Below are positions 30,558 to 40,800 of a stretch of 64,000 nucleotides of DNA, piece after piece (the stretch's first letter is position 1; each line of letters starts with the position of its first letter). This DNA is from Thermodesulfobium acidiphilum. Lineage in GTDB: Bacteria; Thermodesulfobiota; Thermodesulfobiia; Thermodesulfobiales; Thermodesulfobiaceae. A model generated the notes under the pieces. It did not search any database. It was not told where the DNA came from and saw only the letters and a program-made list of their open reading frames with translations. Location of the stretch: assembly GCF_003057965.1 (NCBI RefSeq), contig NZ_CP020921.1, positions 1,600,916-1,664,915 on the forward strand, written 5' to 3'. Position numbers and translations under genes: made by a program.

Positions 30558-32105
30558 TTATTCCTCTCTCAACCACGTTTTTATGAGGTTGGCTACCTCT
30601 GATGGTTTCTCTTTCGCAAGTCTTTCAACCTCATCTCTTGCCTTTTTTCTTGCTAACTCTTCAGGAGTAAGAGGTTTTTCATGAATTATTCCTTCAGCAC
30701 CAACCGTCGCATCAAGAATTTGTGCGCCTCTTTGTTCTTGAGCCTTTCTTAAAGAAGCTATAGTTCTTCTTATGAATATGATAGCTATTATAGCAGCAAT
30801 AATTATCGCAACCCACATGACAATGCTTTTTATCGTATCAATCAACTGCGCCTGCTGCATTGCCTGAAGCTCTTTTTGTTGATATGTCCTATCGAAAGGC
30901 ATAGCCTGTACGTCTACGCTATCGCCTCTTTGAGGCAATATACCTGCGGCATTAGATACAGCAGCAGTTAGTGCCTGAAGGTTTACAGTTTGCGGTGTTC
31001 CGTCAACAATTACTGAAACAGTTAATCGCTTTATATCCCCTGAAGGATTCTTTATCATCTCTTCTTGCTTGTTTACGTCATAATTTGTAATCTCTTCCGT
31101 CTTCCTGCTCGAAGATGAAGAGGTTGGAGCTGGAGTTTGATAAGAAGGTATGCCTTGAGGAGCAGTTGTAGATGGTGTTTGAGGTGTAGTGTTCTGGCTT
31201 TTCGAAGTATCAGTAGTGACTTTGCTGGATATAACAATACCGCTTTGTCCCACTACAGGTGAATACGTTACTTTTTTAACTTCTGAAGAAGCCAGGTTTA
31301 GTTCAGCAGAAACCCTAACTACAGATTTTCCAGGGCCAAGCATTGTGTCCAACATTGTCTGTATCTTTCGCTGGATTTCGCTTTCATATTTTCTTTTTAC
31401 GTCAAGTTCTCTTTGAGAAAGTACGGATTTACTGAAGTTAAGATTTGCCGAAAGAAGTTCTCCTCTTGTATCCATAATAGTCACATTTTCTGGCTTTAAT
31501 CCTTCAACGGCTCTTGAGACTAAAAAAGCTATAGCTTCAGTCTCTTTTTCAGAAATGCTCTGACCTGGCTTTAAGTTTAGCATAACTGAAGCAGAAGCCG
31601 GTATATCTTGAGAAACAAAAACTCCTGTTTTAGGAAGTACAATATGAACTCTTGCCCCTTCTACCCCGTTTATTTGAGAAATAGTCCTTGCAAGCTCGCC
31701 TTGAAGTGCCCTAACGTAATCAACCTTTTGAGTAAAATCCGTAGTAAAAAGGTTGTTTCTATCAAATATCTCAAAGCCAACTCCCGAACCTTCTGGGAGA
31801 CCCTGCGCAGCCAAAGAGAGTCTTAGATCATAAACTTTATCCTTTGGTACTAAAATAGTTGTTCCAGAATCTTTTAATTCGTATGGAATTTTCTGCTCCT
31901 TAAGCTTTGTCACAATAGCTGCCGCATCGCTTGAGGAAAGATTAGTAAAAAGCGGCACCATCTGAGGTTTAAAAAAGAATAAAGAGGCAAATATAAGTAA
32001 AATAAAAACAAAAGAAGCTCCCGATAAGAGTAAAAAACGCTTCCCCGGTGACAACGCCAAAAATCTATCACGCAAGCTAAAAAAAAGCGCGCGAATTCTA
32101 TCCAT
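30558..32105 (-). CDS. fliF: Flagellar MS-ring protein FliF
   Basis: GVGFEIFD, RALQGELARTI, ARVHIVLP; two TM. Confidence 0.96.
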   Translation of the reverse strand: MDRIRALFFSLRDRFLALSPGKRFLLLSGASFVFILLIFASLFFFKPQMVPLFTNLSSSDAAAIVTKLKEQKIPYELKDSGTTILVPKDKVYDLRLSLAAQGLPEGSGVGFEIFDRNNLFTTDFTQKVDYVRALQGELARTISQINGVEGARVHIVLPKTGVFVSQDIPASASVMLNLKPGQSISEKETEAIAFLVSRAVEGLKPENVTIMDTRGELLSANLNFSKSVLSQRELDVKRKYESEIQRKIQTMLDTMLGPGKSVVRVSAELNLASSEVKKVTYSPVVGQSGIVISSKVTTDTSKSQNTTPQTPSTTAPQGIPSYQTPAPTSSSSSRKTEEITNYDVNKQEEMIKNPSGDIKRLTVSVIVDGTPQTVNLQALTAAVSNAAGILPQRGDSVDVQAMPFDRTYQQKELQAMQQAQLIDTIKSIVMWVAIIIAAIIAIIFIRRTIASLRKAQEQRGAQILDATVGAEGIIHEKPLTPEELARKKARDEVERLAKEKPSEVANLIKTWLREE

Positions 32106-32107
32106 AT

Positions 32108-32392
32108 TTATGTGATTATTCTAGACAGATCCTGATATGCTCCTATAAGCTCGCTTCTCACACTCATCAAAAGCTGCATGGAAAGAACTGCGTCCTCTTG
32201 TTTTATAAGAGCCGTGGGAAGATCGATCTGACCTGCTGCAAGCTGCTCTGCAGCGCGATCGCCTTCTTTAAGAGATGAATTCACGTTTCCCAAAAAATCC
32301 ATCAAAGCATCTTTGAAGTTTGAAGTAGGTTCAGACTTCCAACTTAAATTAATTGGCATTATATTTGGGTTAATAGGTTCTATAGGTTTCAT
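32108..32392 (-). CDS. fliE: Hook-basal body protein FliE
   Basis: FKDAL..., VRSELIGAYQDL; context. Confidence 0.88.
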   Translation of the reverse strand: MKPIEPINPNIMPINLSWKSEPTSNFKDALMDFLGNVNSSLKEGDRAAEQLAAGQIDLPTALIKQEDAVLSMQLLMSVRSELIGAYQDLSRIIT

Positions 32393-32793
32393 CTCAGCTG
32401 ATCCAGAGTTCGACCTATCATAGATTTCGTAGCGCTAATCACGTTAAGATCTGCCTCATAAGATCGGGAAGCGTTAATCAAAGATACCATTTCACGAATA
32501 GGATTAACATTTGGATATTCGACATAACCATCAGCGTTTGCCTCAGGATTTCCAGGATCATATACCATTCTAGGCGGTGAATTGTCGCTTACAATACCCG
32601 CTACCTTTACTCCAAGAAAACTGCCATCTTTACCCTTAGATTCCTCTAATTCTACAATATGTCTTTTAAATATTTGACCACTTTTGTCCTTAACGTTACT
32701 ATATGCATTTGCCAGGTTGTTTGCAGCCACGTCCATCTTTAACCTTTGAGCTGTCAAGCCTGATCCTGCAATCTCTAAAGTTCTTAAAAACAC
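32389..32793 (-). CDS. flgC: Basal-body rod protein FlgC
   Basis: SGLTAQR...ANNLANA, YDPGNPEA, PNVN, ASRSYEA; GTG start after GGAGTG. Confidence 0.94.
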   Translation of the reverse strand: MFLRTLEIAGSGLTAQRLKMDVAANNLANAYSNVKDKSGQIFKRHIVELEESKGKDGSFLGVKVAGIVSDNSPPRMVYDPGNPEANADGYVEYPNVNPIREMVSLINASRSYEADLNVISATKSMIGRTLDQLR

Positions 32794-32868
32794 AAAAATC
32801 ACTCCTTTTGACAGGATAAAACTCTTGTAAATATTATACACAAAAAAAGTTAATTTAATCGGCTAAAA

Positions 32869-33291
32869 TTATTTGTTGCATTTTGTCTCTAAAAATAGTG
32901 GCTCTTCAACAGAATAGGAAGATTTGTCCATTATAATCTGAATTCCAACTTTATTTTTCTTATTAATTACAAGCGGAGCTAATAGATTGACAGTAGAATC
33001 TTCCACAGGATTTTTCATATTTACTATGCAAAGAACTATAGCATCTTCTTCTTTTTCAAGATTTATTGCATCAGCATCATACTTCTCTATTACAACATCA
33101 TAATCTTTAAATACGCTAAAGGCATCGACAACTATAAATCTCAAATTAGAGGAGATCTCCTGCAAGTAAGCTAACGGTGTGGATTCGTCTGGAATCGAAA
33201 TTTTAAAACTTTTTTCCCCTTCAAAACCATACACCCCCCGTGGGAATTTTATAACTCCTGTTTCGTTATAAATCTCGTTTTCTTTTTGCAT
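32869..33291 (-). CDS. fliW: Flagellar assembly factor FliW
   Basis: IKFPRGVYGFE, TVNLLAPLVIN. Confidence 0.9.
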   Translation of the reverse strand: MQKENEIYNETGVIKFPRGVYGFEGEKSFKISIPDESTPLAYLQEISSNLRFIVVDAFSVFKDYDVVIEKYDADAINLEKEEDAIVLCIVNMKNPVEDSTVNLLAPLVINKKNKVGIQIIMDKSSYSVEEPLFLETKCNK

Positions 33292-33325
33292 TAAGTCCCC
33301 TTTTAAATGGTAAATTTTTATAAAA

Positions 33326-34201
33326 TTATTGCAAATAATTTACAAGCGATTGTGGCAATATCTGGGCTCCAACCTTTAATGCTGCTTGATATGCAGTCTG
33401 CCGAGTAGCATAATCTGTAACCACAGTTGGAAAATCTACATTCTGGTAGTTGGAAAGAATAGAGCTATAATTTGTAAGAGCATTAGAATAGTAATTGGAC
33501 AAATATTGCATCATATTTTGTCTAGAACCTACAATTGATTGGAGATCATTTACTGTCTTAATAGCATTTTGTATATCAGAAACGGTATTTGATATGGTTA
33601 CCTGATTTCCTGATTCAAGCGCCAGTTGAAGGTTATCGAGAGCTTTAAAAATAGGCAATAACTGAGTTCCATCTATATTCACTCTTGTAGTTACACCAGG
33701 TTCAACGGAATAATTTATAGAAGCTGAATCTCCAGAATAAACGACGTTGCCATTTGAATCGAGAGAAAAGGGAGCGCTGGAACTCTTAGAACCAGCAAAT
33801 ATATATGTATTGCCTATAGATGTGTTAGCTACAGAAAGAAGTGACTGCTTTAGCGCTTCCACGCTTTTCTCCAGAGAAGCTAAAGAATCCTGGTTCGTTA
33901 CATTTGCACCCTGAAGAGCAATAGTATTAGCATTATTAAGAATTGTAGAAATTGAAGTAAGGGCAGAATCAGTTGAATTCAAAATAGACTGACCTGCAGT
34001 AATGTTGTTTTGGTAGTTATTTATTCCATTAATCTTTTCCTTAAAGCTCATAATATAATTATTGGAAACGGGATTGTCTTGAGGAAGCTGAATTGCATTT
34101 CCAGAAGAAAGTTCATAAGAATCCTTTGCAATAGAAGTCAACTGATTGTTTAAATCAGAATTAAACTGATTGATCATTATATTCATAGTTACTCTAGACA
34201 T
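33326..34201 (-). CDS. flgL: Hook-associated protein FlgL
   Basis: SRVT, SSG...PQDNP, YIFAG, YQAAL...SLVNYL. Confidence 0.92.
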   Translation of the reverse strand: MSRVTMNIMINQFNSDLNNQLTSIAKDSYELSSGNAIQLPQDNPVSNNYIMSFKEKINGINNYQNNITAGQSILNSTDSALTSISTILNNANTIALQGANVTNQDSLASLEKSVEALKQSLLSVANTSIGNTYIFAGSKSSSAPFSLDSNGNVVYSGDSASINYSVEPGVTTRVNIDGTQLLPIFKALDNLQLALESGNQVTISNTVSDIQNAIKTVNDLQSIVGSRQNMMQYLSNYYSNALTNYSSILSNYQNVDFPTVVTDYATRQTAYQAALKVGAQILPQSLVNYLQ

Positions 34202-34216
34202 CTTTCACCCTCCAAT

Positions 34217-37027
34217 CTAACCTGTTGCGTTTATAAGTTTATCTAACATAGAATTAATTGCATTTATAACCCTCGCACTAGCTGAATAAGCCGTTTGGTA
34301 TTGGATAAGGTTGGTCATCTCTTCGTTCATACTCACACCTTGTATGCTTTGTTGTTGATTTTGCAAAAGGGTAACTACGTTGCTTTGGTTTGTATAATTT
34401 GTAGTTGCCTGCTGTCCCTGAGTACCAATATTGCTTGTCAAGCTAATATATGCGTTAGCTACTGTAAAAGATCCGTCATAATTTTTGAAACCTAATACAG
34501 AAGAATACTCACCAAGAACCCTTATCGATTGATTGGGGTTAGATGTGGTAAAAGTTAAGGATTCACCATCTGTTCCAACCGTAACTCCATATAAGGGCAT
34601 GCCGCTCGAACCGTAAATAGAATTTAATTCGTTCGCAATAGCAGCAGTATTAGGATAGTTGCCGGAAGGCAGATAAATGTTACTTGTAGTTACCTGTCCC
34701 GTCAAAGTATTCGTCAACATCACTGTCAAAGTTCTTGATCTTGGATCCACACCATTTGCAGTATTTCCGTACATCGCAAAATTATATAAATTACTATCAG
34801 CTTGAGCAAAGTTAGTAACTCCGGTAGAGTCAAAGCCTTGAGTACCATCACCAGTTACCTTTAGAGATGAGATGCCAAGATTTGGAGTATAAAAAGCAAG
34901 CATCCCATTAATATTTTCTGCATAAACTTGTCCATTTAGTGAAGATGAACTAAGAACACTATTCCACGCACTTACCAGACTATTTACGCTCGTATAGGTT
35001 CCTGTGGGTATACTTATAGTAGTAGGACTTGAAGCATTGTTAAGCGTAAAATTAAGCGTTGCGTTGCTTGTTGTAGCTACGTTGAGAGGAAAAGTTAGAG
35101 GACTCCCTATAGTAGTAGGAAAAGCTAGCGCTTGAAGTCCTGAAGCGATAAAAGATGAACCCTTAAAATTAGCATCCTGTATAGGGGTTGAACCTTGATA
35201 ATTGTCCACCAGTTTAAACGCTAAAAGATTTCCATCCTGATATGCCTGTATAAGGGGGGTAGAAGTTACATTTTGTACTCCAGTAGAGCTAAAGCCTAAC
35301 ATAGCACTCGTATCGCCCGAAACAGATAGCGATGATGTAGTAGAATCTATAACTTTAAAACCCAAAAGACCACTCTCGTTATAAGCCTGAACATGCCCAG
35401 AAAGAGAAGATGCAGCTATCTTAGTATTTATATCATTAATTAAATCGTTTATTGAATTATAATTGGCAGCATCAGCAGTTATATTAACACCATTTATAGT
35501 TAGTGTCCTTTGGGCTGTAGTCGCAGTCCCCAAAGCAAGGTTCAAAGTTGAAGGCGAATCTTCTATTGCATGAGGGGTCGATGTCAGAGCATTATTAGCC
35601 ATTATTTTAGAATTTATATCGTTGATTAGGTTTGTAAGACTGCCAAAATTATTTTGATCTATTATGATGCTCTGAGAAGCAAGTCCCCCTAATTGGATAG
35701 TAAGAGTCCTCTGAGCTGTAGTGGCTTTAGAAAAATCAAGATTATAAATTCCGCTTGAACCGATATCCATATTTGCGCTTGAGAGGTTATATCCTGTAGA
35801 GCTAAGATATTGAACTGGCAAAACAGAACCTTCAACACTTGTTCGATTAGCAGAGGAACCATAAATAGGCTCGTTTTGTAAATTTGCAATAGCTTGAGCT
35901 ATCTGACCGTCTCCGCTTCCTCCAGTAGAAGAGGCACCAATTAAAGCTGGGTTATTTATAATTCTTGAATCTATACCCATAGTTGTAATGCTATTTCCTG
36001 TAAAGAAGTTTAGCGTTGGACTTATATCGCTAACAAGATATGAAGAATTAAGTGGATATCCTTGAGAATTCAAATAATTTACAGCCGACATAAGTGATGT
36101 CGCCTGAGAATTAAGCTGGTTAAGATAGCTTACAAGGTTAATATCCCTCATATCTAAGGTGGCTCCTATCTGGCCACCAGAAACGTTAGCGTTCATTCCA
36201 TCACTCGACCACACTAGCTTATATAATGGCTGTGATGTGGAATCGTTTGGGTCTGATGGGTTTGAGGCATCAGGAATAACAGTAAGGGAATCATAACCTG
36301 CAGTCGAAACCAGAGAATGTCCTCCAATAGAAACCAGTAAATTTCCAGATTGATCGGTAGCATAATTAACGTTGACCAGTTTAGCAAGTTGATCAATCAA
36401 ATTGTCTCTTTGATCCATCAAGTCGTTTGGCTGCTGACCACTTGCGCTAACAACTGCAATTTGCTTGTTCAAGGTATAAATATTTTGAGCAATCGTGTTA
36501 ACGTTTGTAGCAAGAGTAGAAAGGCTGCTGTTGAGCTGATTTCTCAAATCTATGAGACCACGGTAAAGACTTTGATAAGAAAAGATAAGGTTCTGTGAAT
36601 CAGATATAACTAACTGTCTGGTAGACAAATCAGACGGATTATTTGCAAGAGACTGAAAGGCACTAAAAAAGTTTTGCAAACTAGTTTGAAGGCCGCTGTT
36701 ACTTGGCTCTGCAAGAGCAGTTTGAACTTGTTGAAGCAAGGTAGAAGAGGTGTCATAATACGATTGCAGACTACTCGCATTCCTAAGCTGTGCATCAATA
36801 AAGCTATCCCTGTATCTTTTTATAGTAGATATGTTAACTCCAGTACCAACTTCTCCCGACGTAGGATAACTTAAGGGAGTATTCTGTACAAAAACCGGTG
36901 ACTGGCGCGAGTAATTAGCAGTATTTGCGTTCGCTACGTTATGCCCCGTGACGTCCATTGCAAGCTGATTGGCACTAAGCGCACTCTCAGCAATCTTAAG
37001 CCCTAAAAAAGAAGAAATCGTACTCAT
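34217..37027 (-). CDS. flgK: Hook-associated protein FlgK with a large central insertion
   Basis: TGHNVANANT..YSRQ, NDLMDQRD, GVSMNEEMTNLIQYQTAYSASA. Confidence 0.93.
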   Translation of the reverse strand: MSTISSFLGLKIAESALSANQLAMDVTGHNVANANTANYSRQSPVFVQNTPLSYPTSGEVGTGVNISTIKRYRDSFIDAQLRNASSLQSYYDTSSTLLQQVQTALAEPSNSGLQTSLQNFFSAFQSLANNPSDLSTRQLVISDSQNLIFSYQSLYRGLIDLRNQLNSSLSTLATNVNTIAQNIYTLNKQIAVVSASGQQPNDLMDQRDNLIDQLAKLVNVNYATDQSGNLLVSIGGHSLVSTAGYDSLTVIPDASNPSDPNDSTSQPLYKLVWSSDGMNANVSGGQIGATLDMRDINLVSYLNQLNSQATSLMSAVNYLNSQGYPLNSSYLVSDISPTLNFFTGNSITTMGIDSRIINNPALIGASSTGGSGDGQIAQAIANLQNEPIYGSSANRTSVEGSVLPVQYLSSTGYNLSSANMDIGSSGIYNLDFSKATTAQRTLTIQLGGLASQSIIIDQNNFGSLTNLINDINSKIMANNALTSTPHAIEDSPSTLNLALGTATTAQRTLTINGVNITADAANYNSINDLINDINTKIAASSLSGHVQAYNESGLLGFKVIDSTTSSLSVSGDTSAMLGFSSTGVQNVTSTPLIQAYQDGNLLAFKLVDNYQGSTPIQDANFKGSSFIASGLQALAFPTTIGSPLTFPLNVATTSNATLNFTLNNASSPTTISIPTGTYTSVNSLVSAWNSVLSSSSLNGQVYAENINGMLAFYTPNLGISSLKVTGDGTQGFDSTGVTNFAQADSNLYNFAMYGNTANGVDPRSRTLTVMLTNTLTGQVTTSNIYLPSGNYPNTAAIANELNSIYGSSGMPLYGVTVGTDGESLTFTTSNPNQSIRVLGEYSSVLGFKNYDGSFTVANAYISLTSNIGTQGQQATTNYTNQSNVVTLLQNQQQSIQGVSMNEEMTNLIQYQTAYSASARVINAINSMLDKLINATG

Positions 37028-37353
37028 TATATCTTTGCCTCAAATGAAAAATTTTGAACAGGTTTTCCTTCTAACATTGGAATGCCACAAATTTTTAAAG
37101 TATATTCGTTTAAAGCCTTTGCAACACTCAAAAGATGCATATTTCTCTCATTTAATTTTCGAATTTCCTCTAAACGAGAGAGAACTTCCTTTTTTTCAGA
37201 TGGTAAAAAGCTTCTATTTTTTAATGCATTTTCTAATAGTTTAAAAACTCTTTCCTTTTTCTGAGTAATTTCAACAAGCCCCTTCACGTCATCAGCAATC
37301 AAGATATCCTTCTCCTGTTCTAAAATATCAACAGCATCATCTAAAAACTTCAT
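37027..37353 (-). CDS. flgN: FlgN-like export chaperone
   Basis: Position before flgK; helical, LNERN motif. Confidence 0.65.
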   Translation of the reverse strand: MKFLDDAVDILEQEKDILIADDVKGLVEITQKKERVFKLLENALKNRSFLPSEKKEVLSRLEEIRKLNERNMHLLSVAKALNEYTLKICGIPMLEGKPVQNFSFEAKI

Positions 37354-37616
37354 TGTTTCAAATTACCCAAATAAGAGTTTATAGCTTTAGATAACTCAAC
37401 ACTGGATTTTACTCCCATTGATTTGAGCCTTGAAGCTATAGATTCCAGCTCATAACTGCTTTTGGTAAGGGGCAGAACGTCGAGCGCCTTTTTCTGCAAA
37501 TCTACCACGCTTACGCTTTGAGTTAAATTATCGTTAAACGATTGGGTCTTCTCTGATTTTCCAGATTTTGTAATTGGAGTAGATGAACCAGATGGAAAGA
37601 CTCCATATATTTTCAT
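37350..37616 (-). CDS. Probable divergent anti-sigma28 factor FlgM
   Basis: Size, MKI start, position between yvyF-like and flgN, upstream sigma28-like promoter; sequence similarity is weak. Confidence 0.5.
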   Translation of the reverse strand: MKIYGVFPSGSSTPITKSGKSEKTQSFNDNLTQSVSVVDLQKKALDVLPLTKSSYELESIASRLKSMGVKSSVELSKAINSYLGNLKQ

Positions 37617-37649
37617 TTCACATTACCTCCTCAATTCTGTTATAAACAT

Positions 37650-37677
37650 TTATCGACAGGAGGACTTTATTTTTTGA
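37650..37677 (-). promoter_or_regulatory. Sigma28-like promoter
   Basis: Minus strand TCAA-N16-GTCGATAA upstream of the flgM-like gene. Confidence 0.6.
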
Positions 37678-38023
37678 ATCCCTCTTCAATATGAAATCCT
37701 TTTTTTCTCTCAGTTTCTTTCTTCAGTTCTTGAGCCACCCTTTCCAGGTCTTTGCCAAGCTTGTGTCTCAATAAAGTTTCCCTATCCACCTCACCCGAAG
37801 GAGAAACAGTCTTTATTCTTCCTTGTTTTATAAATCGAAGGATCCAGAACTCATCTACCTGGGCTCCTTCTGACACCTCATTCGGACTGGAATTGGGATG
37901 TTTTCTGAGGTATTCGTTAACCTTTTTTAACATTTCATCTTCTTCTTTTACGTGCTCAGGGCAAAGATCGTAGCCCAGGGAGTTGAACAGTCGATTGCAT
38001 CGCGCGCAGTTTATCAACGGCAC
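37667..38023 (-). CDS. YvyF-like flagellar operon zinc-ribbon protein
   Basis: NCARC...LCPEH, VNEYLRKHP, FIKQGRI; GTG start after GGAGGTGA. Confidence 0.8.
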   Translation of the reverse strand: MPLINCARCNRLFNSLGYDLCPEHVKEEDEMLKKVNEYLRKHPNSSPNEVSEGAQVDEFWILRFIKQGRIKTVSPSGEVDRETLLRHKLGKDLERVAQELKKETERKKGFHIEEGFKK

Positions 38024-38357
38024 TCTCATCACCTCCAACAAGTTTATCTTTAATATAATTAGCTATTCCTATTCCGCCACCTTTACTTACGCTGTCAGCA
38101 ATACTCTGAAACAACATGTCATATTCTATACTCTTATCCGGTTTCCACTCATCCTCTCCTGGAATAGTTCTTTTCATCTCCTTAAGAAGCTGATATATAA
38201 AAAGAGATTCAAATCCTTCTGCTACTTTTTGCAATTTTAGAGAGTTTTTAAAATTTTTTGCGTTAACACTATTCTTTGGATCGAGAGACTTTAAGACTAT
38301 TTTTGATGAATTATTTATATTATTATTATTTATATTAAAATTATCTATATTATTCAC
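37956..38357 (-). CDS. flgJ: FlgJ rod-binding domain protein (no muramidase domain)
   Basis: FESLFIYQLLKEMKRT, GGGIGIA; follows flgI. Confidence 0.75.
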   Translation of the reverse strand: MNNIDNFNINNNNINNSSKIVLKSLDPKNSVNAKNFKNSLKLQKVAEGFESLFIYQLLKEMKRTIPGEDEWKPDKSIEYDMLFQSIADSVSKGGGIGIANYIKDKLVGGDESAVDKLRAMQSTVQLPGLRSLP

Positions 38358-38397
38358 AACATATCACCTACCTAAAAAATTTTATCTCAATTTTTTA

Positions 38398-39501
38398 CTA
38401 CATTACAATCAGATCTGCTTCCAAAGATCCTGCTTCTTTAAGAGCTTGAAGTATTGCTATTATATCTCTTGGCGTCGCTCCTATACTATTTAGAGCCTTT
38501 ACCAAATCGTCAACTGTACCATTTACGATTACTAAAGAACCAGCGGATTCTGTAGCTGTAACCTGTGTATTTGGAACAGTTGTTGTAACGCCGCCAGAAA
38601 GCGGATTTGGTTGAGAAACAGTTGGGGTAGTCTTTATCTGAACTGTCAGGTTCCCGTGAGCAATAACTGCGCTCTTCAGAGTAACGTTAGCACCAATAAC
38701 TACTGTTCCAGTTCTTTCGTTAACCACTACTGTTGCCTTATTGTCAGGGTTTATAGGAAGTTGCTCTATGCTCGATATAAAAGCTACGCTGTTATTTGTA
38801 AACTCACTAGGAATAGATACTTCCACAGTTTTCGCATCAATAGCCCTTGCAATATCTCCATATGATGAGTTTATAGCCTTTGCAATCCTTTCGGCGGTAG
38901 TATAGTCCGCCTTTCTAAGGAAAAATCTAACTTCATTATTTGGCTGAAATATTGCAGGAATACTCTTAATCAAAACCAGGCCATTATTTAAATTGGCTAC
39001 TGTTGGAAAGTTCTTTACCGTTCTGGTTCCTCCCCCCCCAATAGAATATGCGCCTCCCTCCGATATTGGTCCCTGTGCAAAACCATATTGGATTCCATCA
39101 GGTCCGAACATAGGAGTCATCAAGAGCGTTCCGCCTGCTATAGAGGTTGCATCTCCCATACTCGATACCAGTGCATCGGTTCTTTCACCTGCAATGCTCT
39201 GGGTTGAAACGCTGGCGGTAACCATTACAGCAGCCACATTCTTAGCTTTTAATTGAGAATAATTAAAATTAACCCCAAATCTTTTTAGCATATTTGCATA
39301 AGAGTTGATCGTAGATTGAATTTTATCAGAATCTCCCGTTCCGTTTAGCCCAACAACCAAACCATATCCTACAAGCTGAAAAGAATTTGTGCCATCTGTA
39401 TAACAAATATCCTTTATTCTAGTTTCTGCACCTAAAGAGGGCACATTAGAAATTATAAGAGATAAGCATATTATCATTATTGATATCAAAAAATTTCTCA
39501 T
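38398..39501 (-). CDS. flgI: P-ring protein FlgI
   Basis: GYGLVVGLNGTGD, KNVAAVMVTA, GGTLLMTP, NERTGTVVIG. Confidence 0.96.
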   Translation of the reverse strand: MRNFLISIMIICLSLIISNVPSLGAETRIKDICYTDGTNSFQLVGYGLVVGLNGTGDSDKIQSTINSYANMLKRFGVNFNYSQLKAKNVAAVMVTASVSTQSIAGERTDALVSSMGDATSIAGGTLLMTPMFGPDGIQYGFAQGPISEGGAYSIGGGGTRTVKNFPTVANLNNGLVLIKSIPAIFQPNNEVRFFLRKADYTTAERIAKAINSSYGDIARAIDAKTVEVSIPSEFTNNSVAFISSIEQLPINPDNKATVVVNERTGTVVIGANVTLKSAVIAHGNLTVQIKTTPTVSQPNPLSGGVTTTVPNTQVTATESAGSLVIVNGTVDDLVKALNSIGATPRDIIAILQALKEAGSLEADLIVM

Positions 39502-39510
39502 AAGATCACC

Positions 39511-40110
39511 CTATGGAAAGACTATTCCTATTATGTTTCCAAAAAAATTTCCAATAGCCCCTAAAATCCCCTTTGCGCCCGTTGGAGACGTACCTTTAAT
39601 TGTAATCTGTGCATCCGATATCTGATATGAATAGATTGTATTGTTATTACTAATATCTTCAGGCCTTATAAGGCCGCTTATAATTATACTTTGTTTCTCC
39701 TTATTAACCTGGATATTCTTTTGTCCCTCAATTCTCAAAAGGCCGCTTGGCAATACTTCAACAATTCTTGCCTCAATATCTCCAGTAATAGTAGCTGTTC
39801 TTCCATTAGAGCCCTGATCGGAATACTGACCGCTTCCAGAAGCAGACATGTCTGTCTTTAAAGGATTTTTTACAAAGGGAAGTTTGGTAGGACTATTTGA
39901 ATTCGAATAACTTCCCTGTTTTTTTGTAGAAATTGAAGTTGAAGAATTAAGATTTTCTGACAAAAGAACCATTACCGTATCTCCTACCGAATGCGCCTTT
40001 ACATCGGAATAAAGATTTACATACGATGGATCCGGTTTAAACACGTCAGATGCGTTGGATACGCTGCTCATACAAACAAACAAAAATAAAGCCAGTAAAA
40101 TTTTTCCCAT
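39511..40110 (-). CDS. flgH: L-ring protein FlgH
   Basis: LYSDVKAHSVGD, VEVLPSGLLRIEG, SGLIRPEDI. Confidence 0.92.
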   Translation of the reverse strand: MGKILLALFLFVCMSSVSNASDVFKPDPSYVNLYSDVKAHSVGDTVMVLLSENLNSSTSISTKKQGSYSNSNSPTKLPFVKNPLKTDMSASGSGQYSDQGSNGRTATITGDIEARIVEVLPSGLLRIEGQKNIQVNKEKQSIIISGLIRPEDISNNNTIYSYQISDAQITIKGTSPTGAKGILGAIGNFFGNIIGIVFP

Positions 40111-40111
40111 T

Positions 40112-40789
40112 TTAACCACCCGTTTGAACCTCACTCGAGGATATTATTTTACCTGTGAAAACTTTATTATTCGTAATACACCTCACCTTTATGTCGTCAC
40201 CAATTGAACCTGAGTTAAGCGCCACAGCAGGTAATGAAAAAGTTGCGTTCCCAACCTTTCCTATTACCATTACTCTTTGACCTAATCTTACATCAATTCG
40301 CTTCGAAATCAAACTCAATCTTATTACCTGACCCGCCGTAAGGTTTGCGTTAATAATAGAACCATTTATGTTATTTTCTATTGCAAAATCTTTTGGCAAA
40401 GTTGAAAGCTCTCTTTCATCCATTACAACGTTATCGTTCACGTTTATTACACTGCCAGCTTTTAGTGGAACCTTAGCAACGTAAACGTTTAACCATATTC
40501 TAACTAGATAATCTGCCTCAATAAATCTTTGAACGCCGTCCTGATTATAAAATATTACAAATCTGTTAACCCCAGAACGAATTGCACCCATATTCATTGC
40601 TTTTGTATAATCCAGGTCCGGTAAAGCATAAATTGGTTCAATGGCAATCTTTGAGGGCTGAAAGGTAAGAGAATCCTTTATAGCAGAAAGAACTAAAGAA
40701 TCAGGGTTATTTGCTAAAGCTGTATAATCAATATTCAACGATAAGAAGATTAAAGAAACTATTAAGTATCTTATTAAAAATTTAAGCAT
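40112..40789 (-). CDS. flgA: P-ring assembly chaperone FlgA
   Basis: SAF-like domain, ALNSGSIGDDIKVR; context. Confidence 0.8.
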   Translation of the reverse strand: MLKFLIRYLIVSLIFLSLNIDYTALANNPDSLVLSAIKDSLTFQPSKIAIEPIYALPDLDYTKAMNMGAIRSGVNRFVIFYNQDGVQRFIEADYLVRIWLNVYVAKVPLKAGSVINVNDNVVMDERELSTLPKDFAIENNINGSIINANLTAGQVIRLSLISKRIDVRLGQRVMVIGKVGNATFSLPAVALNSGSIGDDIKVRCITNNKVFTGKIISSSEVQTGG

Positions 40790-40800
40790 AATTGTTTAGT

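Noticed and set aside
32856-32883. Third sigma28 promoter upstream of flgC (GCCGATTA)
   Set aside because: A good -10 element but no matching -35 at the proper spacing.
38300-38357. Asn-rich low-complexity N-terminus of FlgJ
   Set aside because: AT-driven low complexity in a variable region; no sign of function.
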